A DNA stretch of 53,048 nt, from IMG/VR virus record IMGVR_UViG_3300042525_000250, positions 1 through 53,048 of that record; one strand, given 5' to 3'. This DNA is from a virus. Taxonomy: Duplodnaviria; Caudoviricetes. The notes beneath the pieces were generated by a model, which did not search any database, had not been told where the DNA came from, and saw only the letters and a list, made by a program, of their open reading frames with translations. This document shows positions 1-8,989 of the stretch, piece by piece; positions within the stretch are counted from its first letter, which is position 1; each line of letters opens with the position of its first letter. Both the position numbers and the translations under genes were made by a program.

Positions 1-1660
1 GGTACTGTACGATTTTCTGAGCCATCGTAGACGCATTAGGGTCAGATACAGGGATAACTTCTGTAGTCGTATAGTCCGACTTCTTGGCTTTTCTACTTCC
101 TTCTTCAGGGTCATAGTCGTAATCCTCCGGTGCGTAAGCGGCGATAATACCTTTTAGGAGACCGAGCTCTTGCTTCATTGAATAATGCACACGTGCCTGA
201 ACAGCAGTAATCACTTTAAGTGTACGCTCTAAAATAGCAAGTGTCGTTCCTACAGGCGCATTACCCGACATATCAGATACTTGCAAATCCGCCGCGTTAG
301 CAAAGCGTCTACCTTCTTCTACAATCTGATTAAGCAGTGCCATCAATGTTTGTGACGGCTCTTTGTATGGAAGTGGAAGCAGGTTATCTCGAATAGTACC
401 ACTTGGTACATCTACATCGCGCCACTCTCCAGGAGAGATAGGCGTATCATCCCCTTTAATACGCATACCACGCGCTTTAAACCCACCAGGCAGATTACTT
501 AGCGTACCCGCATCAACCAGTTGTCTAATAAGAGAAGTACCGGACTTAGCAAATGCGCCAATAAGATGAATAAGGCCAAAGCAATAAAAGCCAAACCCAG
601 GGACATACCCATAATGAACAAAATGTTGTCGCTTGGTGTAGGTTTCATCATCTGGCTCCCAGTTACGTCTAATGGATAGAATCTCTTGACTTCCTTTCTC
701 AATAGTCACTACATAAGGTAGTGCAATTCCCGTTTCATCCCCATCTGCATCAGTATGCTCAAACCCTGGAAGGTCGAGGTCAACGTGCATTTCAAGGACT
801 TTATATCGGTCATCAGACGTTGCACTAAATCCCATCTTCTCAGCAATTTTCTTCTCAACGTCATCAAGCTGACTACTAGGCTCACCTAGGTCAATATCGC
901 GGTAAAACCCCGCTACCTGAAGCCTACGCATATCGTTCTCAGTCTTACGCATAACATGAGTTACACGCTCTGCTGTTTCTAAGTTAGATGCACCATAAGG
1001 TACAACCATGTCTTCAGCAGGGACAAATAGAGATGTTTGGCGGTTTAATTTTGGGTCAAAGTACACTTTTTTAAATGCATTACCAGATAGCCCAAGACCC
1101 CAAAGCATACGCTCATGCTCAGGTCTGTACTCGGTCATCACGTCTAAAAGCTGGTGATTCATGTCGTCTTGAACACGTACCGCCGCTTCCTTCTTACTAG
1201 AAGTCTCTTTACCAATAATCTTTGTTTTGACAGGACCTGCTGACGGGAATGTCGCCATCATAGTCTCAGCTTGAAACTTAACTAATGCTTCGCTAAGTAG
1301 AGGGTGATGCACACCACACGCACCATCCCAAGGCTCAGTACGCTCTTCAATCTTCATACCGAGTAGCTCTAAACCATCTGTATAAGTCGTAATCCAATCT
1401 TTACGCGAAGCCACGTCATCATCAAAGTCAGACAACAAATCTGCTGCAATAGACGAAAGCTCCCCATCATCTAGGAGTTCAGCTAAGTTCTCGTCAAAAT
1501 CTTCGTCCGTTTCTTCTTTAGGGTCAAAGTCAATCTCCATCCCACCCATTGCAATATGCAAACTTTCTGGGTCGTCAATTTCAATCTCGATGTCAGGCTC
1601 ATCGCCGCCGAGTAAGGACTCAAGTCCTAGTGGTGCTTGGTTTAGGCTTTTATCAAACAT
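1..1660 (-). CDS. Portal protein (3' end runs off the window)
   Basis: Manual translation from ATG 1660: MFDKSLNQAPLG...SRKDWITTYTDGLELLG...EPWDGACGVHHPLLSEALVKFQAE...GNAFKKVYFDP, typical of podophage portals; directly follows terminase large. Absent from the ORF track because it has no stop in the window. Confidence 0.9.
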   Translation of the reverse strand, partial: MFDKSLNQAPLGLESLLGGDEPDIEIEIDDPESLHIAMGGMEIDFDPKEETDEDFDENLAELLDDGELSSIAADLLSDFDDDVASRKDWITTYTDGLELLGMKIEERTEPWDGACGVHHPLLSEALVKFQAETMMATFPSAGPVKTKIIGKETSSKKEAAVRVQDDMNHQLLDVMTEYRPEHERMLWGLGLSGNAFKKVYFDPKLNRQTSLFVPAEDMVVPYGASNLETAERVTHVMRKTENDMRRLQVAGFYRDIDLGEPSSQLDDVEKKIAEKMGFSATSDDRYKVLEMHVDLDLPGFEHTDADGDETGIALPYVVTIEKGSQEILSIRRNWEPDDETYTKRQHFVHYGYVPGFGFYCFGLIHLIGAFAKSGTSLIRQLVDAGTLSNLPGGFKARGMRIKGDDTPISPGEWRDVDVPSGTIRDNLLPLPYKEPSQTLMALLNQIVEEGRRFANAADLQVSDMSGNAPVGTTLAILERTLKVITAVQARVHYSMKQELGLLKGIIAAYAPEDYDYDPEEGSRKAKKSDYTTTEVIPVSDPNASTMAQKIVQY

Positions 1661-1678
1661 TTAGTTTCTCTGCTGTTG

Positions 1679-3175
1679 TTAGTAATATGCATTGCGCCGT
1701 GATGACCGCCCTCTAAACTCTCGCTCTGGTTCTGGCTCATCTAAATTAGTTGAAATAAACCCACCTTTTCTAAACCTTGCCATCGCCATTGACACGGTAT
1801 CCACATAGTCATCGTGTTGCCCTGCGGGAAATGATGCCACCTCTTCGATAACCTCGTCCGCAAATCGTGTGTTCGGTGCCCATACTCTACCAGAGTGAAA
1901 TAAGTCTGCAACCGCATTAAGCCTAGATATCTTATCGTTACCTCTTGTAGGCGTGAATTCCATCACTGGAATACCCATTGCACGTAGCTCATATATAAGT
2001 GGCGCACCAGACGCTTTCTTTTCTACGATTATACTATCAGGTTGCCAATAGTTATAGTCATCCAGCACAACTTGCTTAAGTTCGGGGAACTCATACCGCC
2101 CACGTTTCGCATCAAGCATAATAATGTTAGCCTGCATCACGCCGTTGTCGTTGTCTTGGTAGAACACGCCCCACACAGTACACGCACTATAGTCAGCTCG
2201 CTGTGATTTCTCAAACGCCGTATCCCAAGTCATCAATATAAAGTCTGTAGGTGGTGGGTCTTCTTTAGTCCATTTCTGCCACCACTCTCTTTTAACTATC
2301 GCACCTTCTTCGGAGGTGGGATTCTGCTGATACTGCGCCTGCCACTTGGATATATCAATCGCATCTCGTGTTGCCTCAAGTTCCTCAAGACTCCAGAACT
2401 CAGGCCACAGCGGTTTACCTGAAGGCAATATGGCAGGGAACTCTACCACTCTCCAATTCTCGTTGCCTCTCTGCATCGCCGCTTCAAGCACTTGTCCCGT
2501 CAGGTCTCTTTTTGACCAACGAGTCTGGATGATGATTATGGCTCCGCCAGGCTGGAGACGCTGACGCGGACCAGACGTGTACCACTCGTACACTTTATCG
2601 TAAATCTCAGGGTTACTCGCCGCTATCGCCGCTTCTTGTTCACTGTGCGGGTCGTCAATTATCAGCAGGTCAGCACCTTTACCAGTTACTGCACCCCCTA
2701 CCCCGATAGCAAAATAGTCACCTCCTGCACTGGTGTTCCATCTACCCGCCGCCTTGGAGTCAGACCGCAAACCTACGTTAGGGAACACTTCTTGATACGC
2801 AGGAGAGTCTACTAAGTTACGCACTTTTCGACCAAAACCCACCGCAAGGTCAGCTGTATGCGAGCACTGAATTACTTTTTTATTAGGAAACCGCCCTAAA
2901 AACCAAGCCGGCAGAAGGTACGACCCAAACTCACTCTTTGTATGACGTGGGCCTAAGTTAATAATAAGCCGCTTGCACTCGCCTCTGGCTACGCGCTCAA
3001 ACTCTGAGGCTATCCTTGCATGATGTCGACCATAAATAAAGTCAGGCCACACCGACTGCACAAACGCTAAGAAGTCAGTCTGTGAATTTTCTCGCTCTCT
3101 TCGGCGCTTAAGCTCTCGTACAAGTTGTGCTATACGTTCTTTATCTGATGGAGGCACATGGGCTAACTTACTCAT
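1679..3175 (-). CDS. terL: Terminase large subunit
   Basis: PRHTKS Walker A variant, TGKGADLLIIDDP Walker B, TRW motif, RNase H-like WDTA...ADYSA and FPAGQHDDYVD nuclease motifs. Confidence 0.97.
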   Translation of the reverse strand: MSKLAHVPPSDKERIAQLVRELKRRRERENSQTDFLAFVQSVWPDFIYGRHHARIASEFERVARGECKRLIINLGPRHTKSEFGSYLLPAWFLGRFPNKKVIQCSHTADLAVGFGRKVRNLVDSPAYQEVFPNVGLRSDSKAAGRWNTSAGGDYFAIGVGGAVTGKGADLLIIDDPHSEQEAAIAASNPEIYDKVYEWYTSGPRQRLQPGGAIIIIQTRWSKRDLTGQVLEAAMQRGNENWRVVEFPAILPSGKPLWPEFWSLEELEATRDAIDISKWQAQYQQNPTSEEGAIVKREWWQKWTKEDPPPTDFILMTWDTAFEKSQRADYSACTVWGVFYQDNDNGVMQANIIMLDAKRGRYEFPELKQVVLDDYNYWQPDSIIVEKKASGAPLIYELRAMGIPVMEFTPTRGNDKISRLNAVADLFHSGRVWAPNTRFADEVIEEVASFPAGQHDDYVDTVSMAMARFRKGGFISTNLDEPEPEREFRGRSSRRNAYY

Positions 3176-3812
3176 CTTCTACCTCCTCAAATTCCTCTTC
3201 TTCAGCACCACCTTTAAGCTCTTCATCGGAAATCTGCTCGTATTGCACATCAATTGAGCCAAGCTCACCGCCAATAGAGTACGTTGACATCAACTCATTA
3301 AGCTCAGACTCTAGGTCACCTGTCGGTTTATCTGCAGCAGCTACCTCTACTTTTGTCGTAAAGAGCCCAATTTCAGTTACCTTACCTAGCATTTCAACCG
3401 CCTTAATTTGAAGTTTTGGGTCTTCATTTTCGGCAAGTTCAAATAGCTTAAAGAGCACATATTGACGCATCTTGTTTGTAGAATTTGCCAACGTGTAGTC
3501 AAAACGCTTTAAAAGTTTGTCGAGAGCTTTAGCCGCACCGGGTGTGGTAGGTGCAACAGGGGCATCAGGTTGTTCTAAGAAAATGTTCAACGCTTCGTTT
3601 TTTTCTGCATAGGTTAATTGAGGCTCTGGCGGAGGAGGCGGCTCTGGAAATCCTTGCTGCGTTAAAAAATCTTGGTTTTGAAACGCTTCTTTAGCGGAAA
3701 ATCGCCGTTTAACTACCTCATCTGGGGCAAGCTGTTCGTATACAGGGGAAAATTCAAAAGTTTCGTCCTCATCAAATTCCCCGAAATCATCTATTGTGTC
3801 ATTTATCTGCAT
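3168..3812 (-). CDS. terS: Probable terminase small subunit
   Basis: Overlaps the terL start; helical motif QIKAVEMLGKVTEIGLFT is typical of this position. Confidence 0.7.
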   Translation of the reverse strand: MQINDTIDDFGEFDEDETFEFSPVYEQLAPDEVVKRRFSAKEAFQNQDFLTQQGFPEPPPPPEPQLTYAEKNEALNIFLEQPDAPVAPTTPGAAKALDKLLKRFDYTLANSTNKMRQYVLFKLFELAENEDPKLQIKAVEMLGKVTEIGLFTTKVEVAAADKPTGDLESELNELMSTYSIGGELGSIDVQYEQISDEELKGGAEEEEFEEVEDE

Positions 3813-4158
3813 ATTCTTTCTTTGTTATAAACATACATGAGCCTATAGCTTACCTTACTTTGCAAATTTTTTGTGAAAAATTTTTTTGATGGGCGTTTAT
3901 ATAAGTGACGGGGGGTGTTGCTGTGTGACTATGTGAGATTTGAGGTTACTGGATTTATGAAAGTTTAGGGTAATAAGGTGATTTAGTATTTTGGTAAATG
4001 TAGTGGTGCTATGAGCATAATAGTATGTATACGAGATAGTGGAATCCTACTTTTAAAAATTGGGGGGCGGGGTCTGCCGTCATCAATGCTGTCAAATAAT
4101 TGTAAATTTCACTGAAAATAGCCCAAAAACGCTGTTTTTATTCCTATATATAGGGCAA

Positions 4159-4177
4159 AGGATATACCGTATATCCT
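4159..4177. promoter_or_regulatory. Palindrome copy 1, AGGATATAC-C-GTATATCCT
   Basis: Perfect 9-1-9 inverted repeat ending 11 bp upstream of a TTGACA box. Confidence 0.85.
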
Positions 4178-4188
4178 AAAAATATTAG

Positions 4189-4218
4189 TTGACATTATGG
4201 GATGGGATGGTATAAACT
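4189..4218 (+). promoter_or_regulatory. sigma70-like early promoter
   Basis: TTGACA 4189-4194, then TATAAA at 16 bp or TAAACT at 18 bp spacing; followed by hairpin CAGTTAAGC-aataac-GCTTAACTG (4225-4248). Confidence 0.6.
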
Positions 4219-4288
4219 ATAGTCCAGTTAAGCAATAACGCTTAACTGAAGGGCGGCTTTGCCCGTATACATAAACAAGGTGACTGAA

Positions 4289-4957
4289 ATGAAAAATGTT
4301 AAAAGATTAGTTAAGTCTGCAACCACTGCAACCACTGCAACCACTGCAACCAATGAAAATGCTAACGTACAGTTAGCAGATGACATCATGGTATTTGTTG
4401 GATTAGCGTTAGACTACACTCAACATAAAAGTGCAATGCAAGGCGTCAAAATAGCAATGACGCCGCATATCGAACGTTATCGCCAAGCTGGGTACACTAG
4501 CATTAGTGCCGGCGCAAAGGGGCGCAGTAAAAATATTCCTACACCAGCGAATAACGAGTTGCCTTATACGCTTGTTGTGGCGGCATTCGATGCTATGTGT
4601 TCAAAACGCGGTATTGTATACGATAACACTACAAAGTTAGCGGGCGGTAAAACGCAGTGGCAAAATGCTAAGAATCAATTCCTAGCAAGTTTTAAACTTG
4701 CTTTAGATACAGGCGAATGGGACAACAATGTTAGCCGCGCCACTGCAGAGACTACTGCAGAAACTACTGCAGAAACAAAAGAAAAAAGGGGCTCAAAAGA
4801 ACGTAAAGCACCGACTGTTGACAGCGTATCAAAGTCACTGTTAGAAAAGGGCTTAACCACTCAACAGCTCTTAGACGTATTAGCTAAAGTATGCAAGGAG
4901 TGTTCATGCGACCACTGGACTTATAGTGTGGTTAAAACCGACCACCCTAAAAAATAA
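4289..4957 (+). CDS. Hypothetical first early protein with TTA and TAET repeats
   Basis: Long ORF; ATG 4289 preceded by AAGGTGA. Confidence 0.8.
   Translation: MKNVKRLVKSATTATTATTATNENANVQLADDIMVFVGLALDYTQHKSAMQGVKIAMTPHIERYRQAGYTSISAGAKGRSKNIPTPANNELPYTLVVAAFDAMCSKRGIVYDNTTKLAGGKTQWQNAKNQFLASFKLALDTGEWDNNVSRATAETTAETTAETKEKRGSKERKAPTVDSVSKSLLEKGLTTQQLLDVLAKVCKECSCDHWTYSVVKTDHPKK
4317..4352 (+). repeat. (CTGCAACCA)x4 in-frame tandem repeat
   Basis: Exact 9-bp unit four times; a 12-bp ACTGCAGARACN x3 repeat also lies at 4742-4777. Confidence 0.95.
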
Positions 4958-4968
4958 ATAACACATTA

Positions 4969-4995
4969 GGTTAGGATATACCGTATATCCTAACC
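4969..4995. promoter_or_regulatory. Palindrome copy 2 (extended GGTT...AACC)
   Basis: GGTTAGGATATAC-C-GTATATCCTAACC, intergenic. Confidence 0.85.
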
Positions 4996-5026
4996 GCCCT
5001 TTAAAATGCACAATAGGACTAAAGCA

Positions 5027-5257
5027 ATGAAGAAATTTAAAATAGCAGTAACCAACTGTAATGGTTGGAACCAAATTGGCTTTATAGCCACAAAAGATGA
5101 CTTTGTGTCATCAAAAGTATTTAGTAGAAGGATTGATGCAGATAACTTTGCTAAAGTCCAGTCCGATTGGAATTCACAATTTGATAATCAAAGGATTGGA
5201 TTTTTAGTTTGTCGTAAGACACCCTGCAAAGGCTGGGTCGTAGTTGCCCAGTTTTAA
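5027..5257 (+). CDS. Small early hypothetical protein
   Basis: ORF with AGGA upstream of ATG 5027; followed by a terminator. Confidence 0.7.
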   Translation: MKKFKIAVTNCNGWNQIGFIATKDDFVSSKVFSRRIDADNFAKVQSDWNSQFDNQRIGFLVCRKTPCKGWVVVAQF

Positions 5258-5269
5258 AGGTTAAACAGG

Positions 5270-5296
5270 AAGCCCTCGAAAGAGGGCTTTTTTATT
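5270..5296 (+). terminator. Rho-independent terminator
   Basis: AAGCCCTC-GAAA-GAGGGCTT followed by a T tract. Confidence 0.9.
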
Positions 5297-5307
5297 GCCT
5301 AAAATTT

Positions 5308-5450
5308 ATTAGGATATACTGTATATCCTAATTGATACTAGTTCCCGTGTTGACGGCGAGCTATCGTGGAGTTACTGAGGAGCAAGCAATAGGATATACA
5401 GTATATCCTATGATAACTGTTTCCAGAGGAGACGGCGAGCTATCGTGGAG
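5308..5450. repeat. Tandem ~80-bp duplication containing palindrome copies 3 and 4
   Basis: TAGGATATAC-T/A-GTATATCCTA at 5310 and 5390, each followed ~20 bp later by GACGGCGAGCTATCGTGGAG. Confidence 0.9.
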
Positions 5451-5462
5451 CTGTACAAGATT

Positions 5463-5528
5463 TATGTTACGGTTTACTTGGGACAATTCTTAAGATGTGA
5501 TTGTATGCTACGGTTTACTTGGGACAAT
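5463..5528 (+). repeat. 25-bp direct repeat x2 (iteron-like)
   Basis: TATGYTACGGTTTACTTGGGACAAT at 5463 and 5504. Confidence 0.9.
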
Positions 5529-5544
5529 AAAGCTGATTTTAATC

Positions 5545-5856
5545 GGCGATTTCGCAATGATAGTAGGCATAAGAATTTTTTAAACCCAGCAAATCCGCAG
5601 TGTGTGTTATTACTACTACTACTACTAACTATTATTAAATATATATATAAGAGAGAATATATATATATATATTTATAAGATTTTTGTCCCTGTACGACTG
5701 AGCTGACAGGGAGCATTTTTTCGCTTTTTCGTCCTCTTCCTTTCTCTCTCTTTTCATTTTACGAGATACTATCACAAATCTATGATATCATATCTACAGG
5801 TCGCGGATTTACTGGGCGCAAAAAACGCTCCCACCTTATATAATTGCGAAAACGCC
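5545..5856. repeat. Long imperfect inverted repeat around an AT-rich microsatellite core
   Basis: 5545-5558 pairs with 5843-5856 and 5585-5598 pairs with 5803-5816 (one mismatch each, 26-bp gap in both arms); core has (TAC)n and (TA)n tracts. Confidence 0.75.
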
Positions 5857-5929
5857 TTTTTTAAATGGTTTGCTCATACCGTCACCTACAACTTATAACC
5901 CATACAATTCACCACATGAGGATGCAAAA

Positions 5930-7129
5930 ATGGACGAAAAACTCGCTTTGCAAGAGGCAGAACGCCTTAACAGACTATACAAAACCGAATATAAAGCCTA
6001 TCTACGAGCATTGCATGGACGGCAAACTAGACTAGAGAACCGCTTGGCAAACAAACTTGCACGAGAAGTAGCGCATAAAGATAAGACTAATGCCACTTTT
6101 GATAGGCTTTATGCAATGACCCACTACACTTATGAGGTAGAGGGTAAGAAGAGTATGCGAGTAATAGATGTACTAAAACCGCAGGTAAAGAAAATACTGG
6201 AAGGTTATACAGCGTATAACCTTCCAAAAGAGCCGCGCCCAGTGCTAACACAGGCGATAGTGCAGGCTAAGTACTTCTATGACCCAGCTACGGGCGAGAT
6301 AACCTACAACGAAGGGCGATGCATGGATAAAAGCGCAGTACACACGCCCCCACCTGTAAAGATGCCATACAAGCAGAACCTAACACTAAATCGCTTGCCA
6401 CTAAGAGCTAAAGGTAAAATACCAGTACACACTGGGTTTACATCCTACAATACAGATGCCTATGCACTACTTGATGATGACGTAAGGCTACAATGCATAA
6501 AACGCTATTACCTAGAGAGAAACCCAGACTTAACAGCTCTCAATGCAACAGTACGCAAGACGTACTATATAAAGGCAAATCCACGCACACCGCGTGTGTA
6601 CATAAACAAGAACTCGTACTTACCGCAGGCGATAGCCTATCTATATATGGGTGCAGGCGGTCGCTTTGACTACACAGGCGGGATAGATAACATCAAGCGC
6701 ATACAAGAAGAAATAACGTGCGAACCGTACGGTACGCGCAACATCAACCCAAAGACAAACAAACCCTGTGCATACCCATGCAGGGACGGCAATTCACTCA
6801 ACTATGCATGGGATAACATAAAGCCAGAGCCACTGGCTACAGCGGCACTAACACGCTCTCCCGATGCCAAGCGAAAGCCCATAAACAGAGGTGATGCACA
6901 CCTGCCAGATACATACAAGCGGCGCATGACGTACAGCACAGAGCGGAACGTGCGTATAGTGGGGGATAAGTACACCGTGCATAGCATGGGGACGGGCAAT
7001 AAAACCACCGTGTGTGATTCGTGGGAGGATGCAGTGACTGTATTTAATGCACAGCTCAAGAGAGTTAAAGGGGCAAAAACAAAACTTGCCAATGGCAACA
7101 TTATGGTCACAACGGAGATAAAGAAATGA
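5930..7129 (+). CDS. Degenerate HNH-endonuclease/AP2-like DNA-binding protein
   Basis: YDPATGEITY, YLPQAIAYLYMG and CRDGNSLNYAWDNI resemble phage HNH motifs; C-terminal DSWEDAVTVFN resembles the AP2 helix; GAGGA before ATG 5930. Confidence 0.5.
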   Translation: MDEKLALQEAERLNRLYKTEYKAYLRALHGRQTRLENRLANKLAREVAHKDKTNATFDRLYAMTHYTYEVEGKKSMRVIDVLKPQVKKILEGYTAYNLPKEPRPVLTQAIVQAKYFYDPATGEITYNEGRCMDKSAVHTPPPVKMPYKQNLTLNRLPLRAKGKIPVHTGFTSYNTDAYALLDDDVRLQCIKRYYLERNPDLTALNATVRKTYYIKANPRTPRVYINKNSYLPQAIAYLYMGAGGRFDYTGGIDNIKRIQEEITCEPYGTRNINPKTNKPCAYPCRDGNSLNYAWDNIKPEPLATAALTRSPDAKRKPINRGDAHLPDTYKRRMTYSTERNVRIVGDKYTVHSMGTGNKTTVCDSWEDAVTVFNAQLKRVKGAKTKLANGNIMVTTEIKK

Positions 7130-7707
7130 GTAAGGATAACAAAGCACGCGAAGCACTCAAAGAACTAGGCATTAGCTTAGAGAAGACAATAAACTGGGTT
7201 AAGGCATCTAAAGAGCAGATGAACGTCATAGCGTGTACACGCAGTAAGAACAGCTCAGTGGAGAATATAGAGGGTGATGCAGACCATGTGTATATCCCTG
7301 TGTGCGGAAATATAGAGGTTAAGACGTTTTTGGAAGTGAATAGAGAAGAGATGGAGATGATGTGGACAAACGAGAAGGTCGATGGGGCGGAGGATGCGTA
7401 CACTACGTTATATATGAAACACATCCCGTTTGGTGGGACTGCGGAGATAGCATGGTCGATAGAGCTGTTGCGTGACTTGGTATCACCGTATTACTTAGTA
7501 AGGCTTGGACGGATGCAGGGCACACTAGCTTCAATGCGCATGACAACAGAGCAGATGCAAGCGGCGTTTATTCTGCAACCTGTGTTTGCTGAGGTGTCAA
7601 ACTTGCTGGTGTGCAAACACTTTCCGAATTTAATATTAAGTCAGTATAACAAGGCGATAACTGTTCCTAAAGAAGAGGAGCAAAAACAACAACATACCGT
7701 CCCATAA
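7126..7707 (+). CDS. Hypothetical protein
   Basis: 193-aa ORF with ATGA overlap and GGAG RBS. Confidence 0.75.
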   Translation: MSKDNKAREALKELGISLEKTINWVKASKEQMNVIACTRSKNSSVENIEGDADHVYIPVCGNIEVKTFLEVNREEMEMMWTNEKVDGAEDAYTTLYMKHIPFGGTAEIAWSIELLRDLVSPYYLVRLGRMQGTLASMRMTTEQMQAAFILQPVFAEVSNLLVCKHFPNLILSQYNKAITVPKEEEQKQQHTVP

Positions 7708-7710
7708 CGC

Positions 7711-7739
7711 TTGACTTAGGGTATAAAAGGGTGTATAAT
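7711..7739 (+). promoter_or_regulatory. sigma70 promoter
   Basis: TTGACT-17 bp-TATAAT. Confidence 0.85.
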
Positions 7740-7779
7740 ATGTACCAAGAGATGAGAAAAGCATCTCGAAACAAAACAA

Positions 7780-7798
7780 AGGATATACGGTATATCCT
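7780..7798. promoter_or_regulatory. Palindrome copy 5
   Basis: AGGATATAC-G-GTATATCCT in the transcript leader. Confidence 0.85.
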
Positions 7799-7822
7799 AA
7801 TAACAATAACGGAGTAAACGAC

Positions 7823-7981
7823 ATGAGCGACATATTCACATTCCAAGAGTTTAAAGACAGCATGACAGAGGAAGAGGTTAAAGGCTGGCATTACGAAGGT
7901 ATCAGCATATCTGAGCTGTACCACGAGTATTTGCTATCGCTCGACCCACCATGCAATTACCGCCCAGAGTGGGCGTATTAA
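7823..7981 (+). CDS. Small acidic early protein (52 aa)
   Basis: Manual ORF MSDIFTFQEFKDSMTEEEVKG...PEWAY with GGAG RBS. Confidence 0.7.
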   Translation: MSDIFTFQEFKDSMTEEEVKGWHYEGISISELYHEYLLSLDPPCNYRPEWAY

Positions 7982-8101
7982 AATAATGACGTAAGCCCTA
8001 TCTAGTAGTGGGTTAAAACACTAGAGGGTAGAGGAGTGGGGGTCACCATGTAAAGTTCAAAAACCTGCTTGCTCTACCACTTATAAATCAAACACTTACG
8101 C

Positions 8102-8130
8102 TTGACATAGCCTACCAATAGGCGTATAAT
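8102..8130 (+). promoter_or_regulatory. Consensus sigma70 promoter
   Basis: TTGACA-17 bp-TATAAT. Confidence 0.9.
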
Positions 8131-8181
8131 ATGTACCAGATGTAAAGAGTCGTCCCCTCAAGGGACTGCAAACTGAATCGG

Positions 8182-8202
8182 TAGGATATACGGTATATCC
8201 TA
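8182..8202. promoter_or_regulatory. Palindrome copy 6
   Basis: TAGGATATAC-G-GTATATCCTA. Confidence 0.85.
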
Positions 8203-8234
8203 TTAAACCAACACCGAAACATGAGGATACAACA

Positions 8235-8405
8235 ATGAACATATATTCAAAAGATAGTGACGGCGGTATCACGCACTGCTGGTCATTCAGTACACGGTAT
8301 CAAGCTGAGAAGTTTTTAAGAGACCTGCGAAGAGCAGGACGTATGACTCACTGGTACATCATATCAAGTCTTGATTACGACAAAGCTAAACGGAGATACG
8401 CATGA
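8235..8405 (+). CDS. Small early protein (56 aa)
   Basis: Manual ORF MNIYSKDSDGGITHCWSF...KRRYA, GAGGA RBS, ATGA overlap with the next gene. Confidence 0.65.
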   Translation: MNIYSKDSDGGITHCWSFSTRYQAEKFLRDLRRAGRMTHWYIISSLDYDKAKRRYA

Positions 8406-8989
8406 ACCACGTTCATTTAACAAAAGGTAGTGGCAAATTAGCTGGTATCACCAGCATCAATACACCTACATCAACCAACCCATTCTGCCAATCCATGCAG
8501 AAAACAGACAGCGTGTGCAAGTCATGCTACGCACAACGCTATGAGAAGCTACGCCCTAATGTAGTGACAGCGTTCGAGCGCAACAAGTTTTTATCCGAGA
8601 GAGAGTTACTACCTCAAGAGATACCCGCTATCAATGAACAGATAGCACGGTTCGCAAGTTACGGCGAACTCATTAACATGATGCACTTTATTAACCTATT
8701 GCGCATTGCGTTAGCTAACCCGCGAACCATCTTCACACTGTGGACTAAACGCTATCGTATTGTACAGCGCGTGCTTAAGCTAATGGGTAAACCCGACAAT
8801 CTTATCCTTATCTATAGCAGTCCTATAGTAGGTAAGGTGAGCGCACTACCTAAAGGCTTTGACAAAGTATTCACTGCGTTTGCTAAAGGTACGGACACTA
8901 CTGACATTAACTGTCACGGGGCGTGCAACGACTGTCGTTTGTGCTACTCACACAACAACACAACATTCATCAATGAGATTATTAAATAG
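8402..8989 (+). CDS. Gp88-like Cys-rich (radical-SAM-like) protein
   Basis: C-x9-CxxCYA motif, RFASYGE, WTKR and C-terminal CxGxCxxCxxC. Confidence 0.65.
   Translation: MNHVHLTKGSGKLAGITSINTPTSTNPFCQSMQKTDSVCKSCYAQRYEKLRPNVVTAFERNKFLSERELLPQEIPAINEQIARFASYGELINMMHFINLLRIALANPRTIFTLWTKRYRIVQRVLKLMGKPDNLILIYSSPIVGKVSALPKGFDKVFTAFAKGTDTTDINCHGACNDCRLCYSHNNTTFINEIIK

Noticed and set aside
5308-5450. Mini-CRISPR from palindromic repeats
   Set aside because: Only two adjacent copies, and the sequences after them resemble each other, so this is a tandem duplication without unique spacers.
5445-5716. ORFs 5445-5678 (+) and 5474-5716 (-)
   Set aside because: They translate microsatellite and repeat DNA (LLLLLL, YIYIY) and lack an RBS.
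8027-8079. tRNA gene
   Set aside because: About 53 nt, with no proper D or anticodon arm and an unpaired T stem; kept only as a possible structured RNA.
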